Shown: positions 26,836 through 34,639 of the stretch, one piece after another
How the letters are laid out: every line of letters starts with the position of its first letter
Numbering within the stretch: position 1 is the stretch's first letter
Assembly: GCA_947624445.1 (NCBI GenBank)
Contig: CANQKF010000007.1
Coordinates: 1,782-65,781 of the forward strand
DNA length: 64,000 nucleotides
Direction of reading: 5' to 3'
DNA from: an uncultured Clostridia bacterium
GTDB taxonomy: Bacteria > Bacillota > Clostridia > Christensenellales > Borkfalkiaceae
The notes under the pieces: generated by a model
What the model was told of the DNA's origin: nothing
What the model saw: the letters and a program-made list of their open reading frames with translations, nothing else
The model's database searches: none
Position numbers and translations under genes: made by a program

Positions 26836-27284
26836 ACTACCGCGCCTGCGCCCTCACGGGGCACCGCGAACTTCCCGCGGAGTTCGATCTCAACGCCGTA
26901 TACGACGCCCTCGAGGAGCTTCTCCGCGGGGGATGCCATGCGTTTTATTGCGGGATGGCGCGCGGGTTCGATCTCGCCGCGCTGCACTGCCTGCGCGATC
27001 TGCGCGGGAAGTACGCCTTCACGGTGGAGGCCTGTATCCCCTACCGCGGGCAGGAGCGGAGCTTTCATGGCGCCGCGCGGCGGGAATACGACGCCCTGCT
27101 CGCCTTCTGCGACAAAAAGACGGTGCTCTCCGAGGAATTCTTCGCGGGCTGTCTGCTCGCGCGGGACCGCTACATGGTGGACCGCGCCGACGTCGTGCTC
27201 GCCTATCTGCATGCGGAGACGGGCGGCACGGCCTATACCGTCCGCTATGCCCAGAAGCGCGGCGTGGAAGTGAGGTTTTTGTAA
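26832..27284 (+). CDS. SLOG-fold protein, YpsA/DUF1273-like
   Basis: The ATG overlaps the rsmG stop (ATGA). MNYRACALTGHRELP ... RDRYMVDRADVVLAY fits the DUF1273 pattern. Confidence 0.65.
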   Translation: MNYRACALTGHRELPAEFDLNAVYDALEELLRGGCHAFYCGMARGFDLAALHCLRDLRGKYAFTVEACIPYRGQERSFHGAARREYDALLAFCDKKTVLSEEFFAGCLLARDRYMVDRADVVLAYLHAETGGTAYTVRYAQKRGVEVRFL

Positions 27285-27285
27285 T

Positions 27286-28449
27286 ATGGAGAGGATTGCA
27301 TTTTCCGACGAAGCGCGGATCGGGATGATCGGGGAGACGGGGACCGTCTACTTCGAGAGCGAGGCGATCGCGCGGTACAGGGAGTATGAGAACTCGCGCA
27401 GGCGCTCGGACGAATGGAAGATCTCGGGCGAGGGCGCGCGGTTCCGCGGCGACGCGGCCGCGCCCGCCGAACGCGCGGACGCCTATCTCAACGGCGTGGC
27501 GTGGCAAGACGGGAAGATCGTCTATGCCTATTCGGTGGGCGGCACCTCGGGCGTGTGCAGAAAGCCGACCGACCCCAAGGCGCGCGAGGAGCACATCTTT
27601 TCGGCTTCCGACCGCGAAGTCCTCTCCGTGCACCCCATGGGAGAGCTCATCGCGGTGACCGTGCGCGCGGACGACGTGACGGCGCAGGTGGGGATCCTGA
27701 ACGCGCAGACTTCGGAGCTCTCCACCTTCACCGAGGGGGACGCCCGCGACGCCAACGCCGTGTTCGACGCGGCGCGCCCCGCCTGCCTGCTCTTCGACAG
27801 CGCGGGCGCGGGACGGACGGCGGACGGCAGTTTTTCGGGCAAATACGCCCCCGCCGTCATCATGCGGCTCGACCGCGAAACGCTCGCGCTCGAGCAAGTC
27901 TGCGGAGACGGAAAAAACGCCTATGTCAAGCCGCAAACGGACGCGCAGGGCAACCTCTATTGCATCCGCCGTCCCGAAAAGGAGCGCGGCGGCTCCCTCT
28001 TTCTCGATATCGTGCTCTTCCCCTTCCGCCTCCTCAAAGCCTTCTTCGGGCTTCTGCAGGCCTTCACGGTGATCTTCGGCAAGACGAGCCTCATCACGGA
28101 GACGGGCTCGGGCGACAATCCCGCGCGCGGCAGAAAACAGGACGCCCGCAAGCTGTTCGTGGACGGGCGGCTGATCGACGCCGCGAAGGAAGAGAAGCGC
28201 AACAAAAAGCGCAAGGACCGCGCCTACGGGTTCATCCCCGCGAGCTGGAAGCTCGTGAAGCTCGGAGAGAAGGAGGAGGTGATCGCGCGCGGCGTGTGCG
28301 ATTACTGCATCGGGCGCGAGGGCGTCTACTACACCGACGGGCGGCATATCTACAGGCGCGACGGGAGCGGGGAGCAAAAGCTCGCCGATACGAAGTGCTG
28401 CCTCTCGCTCGCCGTGGAAACGGCCGCCGCGGCGGACTTCGATTTTTAA
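27286..28449 (+). CDS. Hypothetical protein (387 aa) with an internal hydrophobic segment
   Basis: Codon usage matches its neighbours. The start is 1 nt after the previous stop. Segment SLFLDIVLFPFRLLKAFFGLLQAFTVIF. No family recognised. Confidence 0.6.
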   Translation: MERIAFSDEARIGMIGETGTVYFESEAIARYREYENSRRRSDEWKISGEGARFRGDAAAPAERADAYLNGVAWQDGKIVYAYSVGGTSGVCRKPTDPKAREEHIFSASDREVLSVHPMGELIAVTVRADDVTAQVGILNAQTSELSTFTEGDARDANAVFDAARPACLLFDSAGAGRTADGSFSGKYAPAVIMRLDRETLALEQVCGDGKNAYVKPQTDAQGNLYCIRRPEKERGGSLFLDIVLFPFRLLKAFFGLLQAFTVIFGKTSLITETGSGDNPARGRKQDARKLFVDGRLIDAAKEEKRNKKRKDRAYGFIPASWKLVKLGEKEEVIARGVCDYCIGREGVYYTDGRHIYRRDGSGEQKLADTKCCLSLAVETAAAADFDF

Positions 28450-28616
28450 GGAAGCGGCTCGTAGATTGGGCGGTTTGGCCTTCTTCGGTTGGGGCTTTGC
28501 ATGCGATCGTGCGGCCGCAACGGGTGCGTTCCCGCAAAACAGCTGTTTTTTCGACAGAAACCGACGAGATCTTCTTCTTCCCTTTCGGCATAATGGAGAG
28601 AGAAGGAGAATTTTTT

Positions 28617-29585
28617 ATGCCGTTTGAAAAGAGAGTTTGCGTCCTCAAACAGATCAAGAAGGGATTCACCGCCGATGGGAGCGCCCTCTCGGGCGCCATC
28701 TATGCGGAGCGCATGGGCACGGAGCTCGTCGTGACCCCGCGCATGATCGGCATCGCGCCCGTGCGGGACGGGCGGTACGCGATCGCCCTGCGCGCGGACG
28801 GGCGGGACCTGCTGCTCGAATGGCGGGGGGAGGCGTCGCTCCGCGTGACCGACGCGCCCTCCGTGAAACAGGGTTTCGCGGCGCTCGTCGTCTTTCTGAA
28901 GGGGGAAGCCGAGGCCGTCGCGTTCGGCAGTTGCGGCGCCTGCGACGCGACCCCCGCAGCCATGCTCGAGGGGGTACGTATGGTGAAAAACGGGAAAAAG
29001 AAGCTGCCCGATCCCCTGCCGCCCGTAGAGCTGCCCGCGCCGTTTTCCCCCAACAACGTGCCCAAGGCGCCCACGGTGCCCCTGCCGGGCGAGGAGGAAC
29101 CCCGTCCCTTTCGGGAACAGGCTGCCGCCTACGACGACGAAGCCATCGCCGACGCCAACTACTTCCGTCCCGATGAAGATGATGCGCATGCGGGCGATGC
29201 GGGCGGCGCTGACGGGCCGCAAGACCTCGGGGCTGGACAAGATGATCAAACTTCTGACCTTTTCGCGCGCCCGCGAGGGCAGCTTACATACTACGAGCGC
29301 GTCCGCGAAAAAATCGAAGAGGCGTTTTGCCGCTTTCCCGAGGACGAGCGTCTGAAATCGGTGTTCCCCAACTCCCGCTGGGTGAAGGCCGAGGGTGCGC
29401 TGCTCGGCGTCGTTTACGGGGAGGGCGTCCCCAAATATCTCTGCGTCGCGACGGAGGGCGTCCCGCCCGAGGAGGCGGAAAGAGCGTGCTTCGTGCCCCT
29501 CTCGCCCTATTCGGAAACCGAGGGGATGTATGTGATATTTCAGTCGGCGGAGACGGGGGAATATGTCACCGTCTCCCCCTTATAG
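28617..29585 (+). CDS. Hypothetical protein (322 aa) with a Pro/acidic disordered linker
   Basis: ATG 28617 follows AGAAGGAGAATTTTTT. The upstream 400 codons of the track ORF are out-of-frame overlap with the previous gene and are rejected. Confidence 0.6.
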   Translation: MPFEKRVCVLKQIKKGFTADGSALSGAIYAERMGTELVVTPRMIGIAPVRDGRYAIALRADGRDLLLEWRGEASLRVTDAPSVKQGFAALVVFLKGEAEAVAFGSCGACDATPAAMLEGVRMVKNGKKKLPDPLPPVELPAPFSPNNVPKAPTVPLPGEEEPRPFREQAAAYDDEAIADANYFRPDEDDAHAGDAGGADGPQDLGAGQDDQTSDLFARPRGQLTYYERVREKIEEAFCRFPEDERLKSVFPNSRWVKAEGALLGVVYGEGVPKYLCVATEGVPPEEAERACFVPLSPYSETEGMYVIFQSAETGEYVTVSPL

Positions 29586-29590
29586 CTTGG

Positions 29591-30014
29591 TCGGACTTCG
29601 TAGTGGCGAACTGCGGATAAGCGGCGCATAACTTCGTTGCGCTTACGTTTCCCTACTTCGCCTACGGCTCGTGCCGAGCTTTGTGCACAAATAGAAGCCG
29701 CGCTCGGGGTGGTCACGTACAAAAGAGTACGCTCCCTTCGGGAAGCCGCGCGCTCCTCGTTCTGCTTGCTTCTCCGCAGTTTAGCGGTAACGGAAAGTGA
29801 AACCCTTAGCTGCCCCTTGAGGGAAGAATTTTGCATTTGCCCATATGCAAGGGCAAATGCCGACCAAGCACGGGGTTCTACCCGTGCGCGAAGCTCCGCC
29901 GTAGGCGGTGAGGGGGTGTCATCCCCATAGAGGGGCCCTCACTGTCATTTCGAGCGGAGTGAAGCGAAGTCGAGAAATCTAATGTGAGATGTCTCGACTA
30001 CGCTCGACATGACA
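29591..30014 (+). repeat. Mosaic intergenic repeat cluster R1
   Basis: Shares these modules with loci at 36.5, 44.1, 49.7 and 62.3 kb: GGACTTCGTAGTGGCGAACTGCGGATAAGCGGCGCATAAC; CTACTTCGCCTACGGCTCGTGCCGAGCTTTGTGCACAAATAGAAGCCGCGCTCGGGG; CGCTCCTCGTTCTGCTTGCTTCTCCGCAG; and GTCATTTCGAGCGGAGTGAAGCGAAGTCGAGAAATC. Also contains several perfect hairpins. Confidence 0.9.
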
Positions 30015-30111
30015 ATATTGGGGGGAGGGTGGCACGGCGCAGCCGTGACGGATGGGGGGAGCTCCGCCACGCTCCGCATTCCATCTCCGCGCGAAAAAAG
30101 CGCGGATTTTG

Positions 30112-30140
30112 TTTACAAAAAAGGAAGTTTGTGGTATAAT
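30112..30140 (+). promoter_or_regulatory. Sigma-A-type promoter of the PEP carboxykinase gene
   Basis: TTTACA, a 17-nt spacer, then TGgTATAAT. It is preceded by the hairpin CCGCGC-gaaaaaa-GCGCGG plus a T-run. Confidence 0.6.
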
Positions 30141-30189
30141 GTATCTTGGGGTGAAATGGAGTCCCCCGAAAGAGGAGGTAAATTTTATC

Positions 30190-31956
30190 ATGGCATTCAC
30201 AAACAACCGGAAAGTGCTCGATTTCGTGGAAAAGAGCGCACAGCTCGCCATGCCCGATAAGATCGTCTGGATCGACGGCAGCGAGGCGCAGCTCGCCGCG
30301 CTGCGCGAAGAAGCGGTGAAAACGGGCGAGATGATCGAGCTCAACCAGGAGAAACTTCCCGGCTGTTATTATCACAGAACGGCAAAAAACGACGTCGCGC
30401 GCGTCGAGGACCGCACCTTCATCTGCTGCAAGAAGGAGGAGGACGCGGGCCCCATCAACTATTGGATGGATCCCGAGAAGGCATATAAGCTCTGCGGCGA
30501 GATCGCCCGCGGCAAGATGAAGGGCCGCACCATGTATGTCATTCCCTATTCGATGGGCGTCGTCGGTTCCCCCTTCTCCAAGATCGGCGTCGAGGTCACC
30601 GATTCCATCTATGTCGTCCTCAACATGGCGATCATGACGCGCGTCGGGCTCGATTGCTACGCCGCGCTCGGCGAGGACGGCGACTTCATCAAGGGCTTCC
30701 ACTGCAAGTGCGACGTCGACCCCGAGAAGCGCTACATCATGCACTTCCCCGAGGACGACACCATCATCTCCGTCAACTCTGCCTACGGCGGCAACGTGCT
30801 CCTCGGCAAGAAATGCTTTGCCCTGCGCATCGCCTCCTATCTCGGCAAGCAGGAGGGCTGGATGGCCGAGCACATGCTCATCCTCGGCGTCACCTTCCCG
30901 AACGGCGAAAAGCACTATGTCGCGGCGGCGTTCCCTTCCGCCTGCGGCAAGACCAACCTCGCCATGCTCATCCCCCCCAAACACTACCTCGAAAAAGGCT
31001 ATAAGGTCGAGACTGTGGGCGATGATATCGCATGGATCCGCGTGGGCAAGGATGGCAGACTCTGGGCGGTCAACCCCGAAAACGGGTTCTTCGGCGTCGC
31101 CCCCGGCACCAACGAGAAGTCCAACCCCAACGCCCTTGCCGCGACAAAGCGCGGCACTATCTTCACCAACGTCGCCATCAACCCCGAGGACAACACGGTG
31201 TGGTGGGAAGGGCTCACCAAACCCGCGCCCGCAAAGCTCATCGATTGGCTGGGCAACCCGTGGACGCCCGAGAGCGGCGTGAAGGCGGCCCATCCCAATT
31301 CGCGCTTCACGGCGCCCGCGGTGAACTGCCCCTGCCTCTCGCCCGAGTTCGATTCCAAAGAGGGCGTCCCCCTCGACGCCATCATCTTCGGCGGCAGAAG
31401 AGCTTCGACGACCCCCCTCGTCTACCAGTCCCGCGATTGGGATCACGGCGTGTTCGTGGGTTCCATCATGAGCTCGGAGACGACGGCTGCCGCGACGGGC
31501 GCGGTCGGCGTGCTCCGCCACGACCCCATGGCGATGAAGCCTTTCTGCGGCTACCACATGGCCGATTACTTCGGGCATTGGATCGAGATGGGCAAGAAGA
31601 TCGAGAACCCGCCCAAGATCTTCAACGTCAACTGGTTCCGTCAGGACGAAAACGGCGAATTCCTCTGGCCGGGCTTCGGCGACAACATGCGCGTGCTCGA
31701 ATGGATCTTAAAGCGCTGCGCGGGCACCGTGGACGCGCAGGAGACCGCCATCGGCTATGTCCCTTACGCGAAGGATATCGACCTCGAGGGGCTCGATTAC
31801 AGCAAGGAGACGCTCGAGCGCATCCTCTATGTGGATAAAGCGCGCTGGGCGGCCGAGGCCGAAGAGATCGAGGGCTACTACGAGCAGTTCGGCGACCGCC
31901 TGCCCAAGGAGCTCCGCGCGAGCCTCGAGACCCTCAAAAAGAACTGCGCCAACTGA
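30190..31956 (+). CDS. pck: Phosphoenolpyruvate carboxykinase (GTP)
   Basis: ATG 30190 follows AAGAGGAGGTAAATTTTATC. The FPSACGKTNLAML kinase-1a motif and overall sequence match GTP-type PEPCK. Confidence 0.9.
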   Translation: MAFTNNRKVLDFVEKSAQLAMPDKIVWIDGSEAQLAALREEAVKTGEMIELNQEKLPGCYYHRTAKNDVARVEDRTFICCKKEEDAGPINYWMDPEKAYKLCGEIARGKMKGRTMYVIPYSMGVVGSPFSKIGVEVTDSIYVVLNMAIMTRVGLDCYAALGEDGDFIKGFHCKCDVDPEKRYIMHFPEDDTIISVNSAYGGNVLLGKKCFALRIASYLGKQEGWMAEHMLILGVTFPNGEKHYVAAAFPSACGKTNLAMLIPPKHYLEKGYKVETVGDDIAWIRVGKDGRLWAVNPENGFFGVAPGTNEKSNPNALAATKRGTIFTNVAINPEDNTVWWEGLTKPAPAKLIDWLGNPWTPESGVKAAHPNSRFTAPAVNCPCLSPEFDSKEGVPLDAIIFGGRRASTTPLVYQSRDWDHGVFVGSIMSSETTAAATGAVGVLRHDPMAMKPFCGYHMADYFGHWIEMGKKIENPPKIFNVNWFRQDENGEFLWPGFGDNMRVLEWILKRCAGTVDAQETAIGYVPYAKDIDLEGLDYSKETLERILYVDKARWAAEAEEIEGYYEQFGDRLPKELRASLETLKKNCAN

Positions 31957-31971
31957 AGTCACGCGAAAAAA

Positions 31972-31997
31972 AGCGCCCCCGTGCGGGGTGCTTTTTT
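31972..31997 (+). terminator. Intrinsic terminator
   Basis: AGCGCCCC-cgtgc-GGGGTGCT (one G-U pair) followed by T6. Confidence 0.7.
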
Positions 31998-32216
31998 CTC
32001 TGCCCGTTCGGGTGGCGCAATGCCCGCTTTGGTCCCATCCGCGGGGGGACGCTGTGCGTTTTTTCCGTAAATTCCCGAAAACACGATGCGCGTGCGCAAA
32101 GCGCACGCGCAAGGGGTAAACCGGAAATGACGACTTTTGGGGAAAGACTTGCTATTGGTCCGATTTACCGCCTTCGGTTATGGAGGACCGAAAGCTTGTC
32201 TCTATTATAATCGCAT

Positions 32217-32249
32217 AATATACGATTGTCAAGCAAAAAATCGTATATT
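32217..32249. promoter_or_regulatory. Perfect 11-bp inverted repeat, candidate operator
   Basis: AATATACGATT-N11-AATCGTATATT, 40 nt upstream of the XRE gene ATG. Confidence 0.5.
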
Positions 32250-32288
32250 GTGCGATATTTTTTTTGAAAATTTTTTGGGGGAACGAAC

Positions 32289-32501
32289 ATGGAACTGAAA
32301 GACATCCAACGCAGGCTGCGGGAGAGCATCGCGCGGAGCGGGATCGCGCAAAAAGAGCTCGCCGTGCGCATCGGGGTCTCGGCGCAAACCGTCTCGAAGT
32401 ATATGAAGCAGGACATCTTCCCCGCGCTCGATACGTTCGCCAAGCTCTGCGCGGCGCTCGACGTGCGCTCGGATTACATCCTCGGCATCTCCGAATACTG
32501 A
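32289..32501 (+). CDS. XRE-family helix-turn-helix transcriptional regulator (70 aa)
   Basis: GIAQKELAVRIGVSAQTVSKYMKQ is a classic HTH_3 motif. RBS GGGGGAA. Confidence 0.85.
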   Translation: MELKDIQRRLRESIARSGIAQKELAVRIGVSAQTVSKYMKQDIFPALDTFAKLCAALDVRSDYILGISEY

Positions 32502-32601
32502 AAAAACGGCCACAGGTCCCCCCGTTTTTGCGGATCTTCGCGCAAAACCGCAAATAGGCGCGGCGTCGGCGTGAAAAGTTTCCGAAAACCGCGCGGAGGG
32601 A

Positions 32602-32630
32602 TGGACAAACGCGCGGCGGTGTGCTATAAT
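32602..32630 (+). promoter_or_regulatory. Sigma-A-type promoter (extended -10)
   Basis: TGGACA, a 17-nt spacer, then TGcTATAAT. Confidence 0.5.
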
Positions 32631-32715
32631 AAACGAAAGCGCACGGTGCGTTTGCGCCCGCGCGCCCGATTTCATAAGAAATACCGTTAGAAAAACCGCA
32701 CAAAGGAGAGACCCA

Positions 32716-33597
32716 ATGAGTTTCATCGACTACTTTCTCATCGCCTGCTTCCTGTTCTTCGTCGGAAGCATGCTCGGATGGTGCATCGAAGTGCTGTTCC
32801 GCCGCATCTTCACCGCAAAGAAATGGATCAACCCGGGATTTTTGACGGGCCCCTATCTTCCGCTCTACGGCTTCGGCGTGGCGCTGCTGTTTTTTATTTC
32901 CCTCATCCCCGTCGATACGGGCATGGCCTGGCTCGACGCCGCGATCATCATCCTCGTCATGGGCGTCGCGATGACGCTCATCGAGTACATCGCGGGGCTC
33001 ATCTTCATCAAGGGCATGGGGATCAAGCTCTGGGATTACTCCAACCGCTGGGGCAACGTGCAGGGCGTCATCTGCCCGCTGTTCTCCTTTCTGTGGCTGC
33101 TCGTGTGCGCGGTGTTCTACTTCGTGATCGACGCCCCCGTCATCGAGGCGGTGCGCTGGTTCGTGCACCACATCGAATTTGCCTTCGTCGTGGGCATCTT
33201 CTTCGGCGTGTTCTTCGTCGACCTCGGGCACTCGCTGCACATCTCGGCGCGCATCCGCGCCTTTGCGAAGGAGCACGACGTCGTCGTCCACTACGAAAAA
33301 CTCAAGGAATCCCTGCGCGAAAAGCGCGAAGAGGCCAAGCAGAAGGTCGGCTTCGTGTTCCCGTTCGAAAAGCTCTCGGAGTTCAAGGAGCAGCTCACCG
33401 CGCGGAAGGACGCCTTCTCCGTCGCCCGCAAGAAAAAGGCGAAAGGGACCGCATCCTCCCCGCAGCCCGCGGCGCAGACGGAATCCGCACAACAGCCCGA
33501 AACTGCCCAACAGGCGGACCCCGCCCAAGGACCCGAGGGGCGGCAAGAAGAATCGGCCCAAGGACCCGAAGAGCGGCAACAGGCCGACGGGAAATAA
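32716..33597 (+). CDS. Polytopic membrane protein, putative ABC-transporter type IV (PF06541-like), with a repetitive Gln/Pro/Glu tail
   Basis: The N-terminus MSFIDYFLIACFLFFVGSMLGWCIEVLFRR and GPYLPLYGFG are typical of that family. The tail is PAAQTESAQQPETAQQADPAQGPEGRQEESAQGPEERQQ. Confidence 0.65.
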   Translation: MSFIDYFLIACFLFFVGSMLGWCIEVLFRRIFTAKKWINPGFLTGPYLPLYGFGVALLFFISLIPVDTGMAWLDAAIIILVMGVAMTLIEYIAGLIFIKGMGIKLWDYSNRWGNVQGVICPLFSFLWLLVCAVFYFVIDAPVIEAVRWFVHHIEFAFVVGIFFGVFFVDLGHSLHISARIRAFAKEHDVVVHYEKLKESLREKREEAKQKVGFVFPFEKLSEFKEQLTARKDAFSVARKKKAKGTASSPQPAAQTESAQQPETAQQADPAQGPEGRQEESAQGPEERQQADGK

Positions 33598-33618
33598 CGA
33601 AAAAGCCCATCAAAACCG

Positions 33619-33649
33619 ACGGGGGCGCGTCTTTGCGACGCGCCCCCGT
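33619..33649. terminator. Bidirectional intrinsic terminator (copy A of a repeated terminator module)
   Basis: ACGGGGGCGCGTC-tttgc-GACGCGCCCCCGT, with T-runs on the plus side, between convergent genes. Confidence 0.75.
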
Positions 33650-33653
33650 GATT

Positions 33654-33956
33654 TTATTTTTCTCGCAACAATACAAGAAGCGCTTGCTGTGCGGACGGCG
33701 AGAGCGCGTCAACGGCGTCGTGGATCTCCTGCGGCGCGCGCTGTTTGGAGGAAGGCGCTTCCATTCCGCGGAAGAATTCCGAAAGCGTGATGCCGAATGC
33801 GCCGCAGATGGCGCGCAGCGTAGAGATCTTCGGCTCCGTCTTGCGCATATAAAGATTGTTTAAGGTGGACTGCGTGAGCATTGCTTCCATTGCAAGATTG
33901 TTGATAGACCACCCGCGCGCCTTGCGCAGATCGTCGATGTGTTCCAGAACCGTCAT
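33654..33956 (-). CDS. XRE-family helix-turn-helix transcriptional regulator (100 aa)
   Basis: WSINNLAMEAMLTQSTLNNLYMRKTEPKISTLRAICGAFGITLSEFF. RBS GAGGAAAAG. Confidence 0.85.
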   Translation of the reverse strand: MTVLEHIDDLRKARGWSINNLAMEAMLTQSTLNNLYMRKTEPKISTLRAICGAFGITLSEFFRGMEAPSSKQRAPQEIHDAVDALSPSAQQALLVLLREK

Positions 33957-34018
33957 GATCTTTTCCTCGTTTGAGTTATTTTATAGCAAAAAAGAGTTAA
34001 TTTCATAACCCAAAACAG

Positions 34019-34047
34019 TTGACAAACAAACTCAAATGAGTTATACT
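34019..34047 (+). promoter_or_regulatory. Sigma-A-type promoter with a palindrome in the spacer
   Basis: TTGACA, a 17-nt spacer, then TATACT. The spacer contains AACTCA-AA-TGAGTT (34029..34042). Confidence 0.6.
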
Positions 34048-34050
34048 GAT

Positions 34051-34126
34051 CCCGAAGATGCGAACCGTGGTGAAAAAAGGCCGAAAACTTAAAATCACGG
34101 CGTGGTTTGCCTCTGCGGGATTTTTT
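34051..34126 (+). terminator. Long imperfect hairpin plus U-run immediately after the predicted transcription start (attenuator or short RNA)
   Basis: CCCGAAGATGCGAACCG pairs with GGTTTGCCTCTGCGGG (about 17 of 19 positions when G-U pairs are counted), followed by A-T6. Confidence 0.5.
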
Positions 34127-34248
34127 CTTGCGTTGCTCTTCGTGATGTACGTAACGCTCCCGTTTGAGTGCATTGCATGCTACATCAGATCGCGGTTTAA
34201 GAAGTAGGCCGCGGCCGCGGTATCGCATAAAAATTTCGGAGGTAAAAA

Positions 34249-34638
34249 ATGGGCAAGAACACAGGTGCGTTGGTTTTTTCGATCATCGGAGCCATATTTG
34301 CGATTCTCGGCGGCATCCTTTGGGCGACATGCGCAGACGCCATCGGCTCGATCGGCGGTGCAGCGGGCGGAGACACGACGACGCCGACGATCTACATGAT
34401 CGTTTTCCTCGTGCTGGGGATCGGCGGGGGCGTGATCGCGCTCCTCGGCGGGATCCGCGGGTACGGCGAAAAGTCCAAGGCGACATTCCTCTGCGTGCTC
34501 GGCACGCTCATGCAGATCGGGAACCTGATCGCGCAATGCGTTTCCGTGAGCGGGTTCTCCTTCTTGATGTCGCTTTCCACGATATTGGCCATTGTGCTTC
34601 TCATCGTCGCGACGATCCTTTGCGCAAAGAACAGGTAA
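34249..34638 (+). CDS. Small four-TM membrane protein, unknown function
   Basis: ATG follows GGAGGTAAAAA. The 129-aa product is hydrophobic and Gly-rich. Confidence 0.7.
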   Translation: MGKNTGALVFSIIGAIFAILGGILWATCADAIGSIGGAAGGDTTTPTIYMIVFLVLGIGGGVIALLGGIRGYGEKSKATFLCVLGTLMQIGNLIAQCVSVSGFSFLMSLSTILAIVLLIVATILCAKNR

Positions 34639-34639
34639 C

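Noticed and set aside
27019-28377. 452-aa minus-strand ORF, and the 723-aa plus ORF 27414..29585 upstream of residue 401
   Set aside because: These are antisense or out-of-frame overlaps of the 27286..28449 gene. Only the part from ATG 28617, which has a strong RBS, was kept.
28860-28885. GTGAAACAGGGTTTCGC near-palindrome resembling a parS half-site
   Set aside because: It is inside a coding region and matches only one half of parS. The spacing and second half do not fit.
29540-30344. Short ORFs inside repeat clusters: 29540..29836, 29637..29930, 36404..36796, 49791..50015, 49835..50560 and 62060..62563. Their peptides include motifs such as CHSEGAQPPKNP, MSFRGGAAPEES and FVHKARHEP.
   Set aside because: The same peptide fragments recur wherever a repeat module recurs, on either strand. 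They have no RBS and are interrupted differently at each locus. They are translations of the repeats, not genes.
30190-31956. GTP-type PEP carboxykinase as a possible horizontally acquired oddity
   Set aside because: Its composition and codon usage match the neighbours, and GTP-type enzymes do occur in some Clostridia. I found no sequence-level anomaly.
32152-33579. 475-aa minus-strand ORF
   Set aside because: It is antisense to the XRE gene and the PF06541-like membrane-protein gene. The product is Arg/Gly-rich junk.
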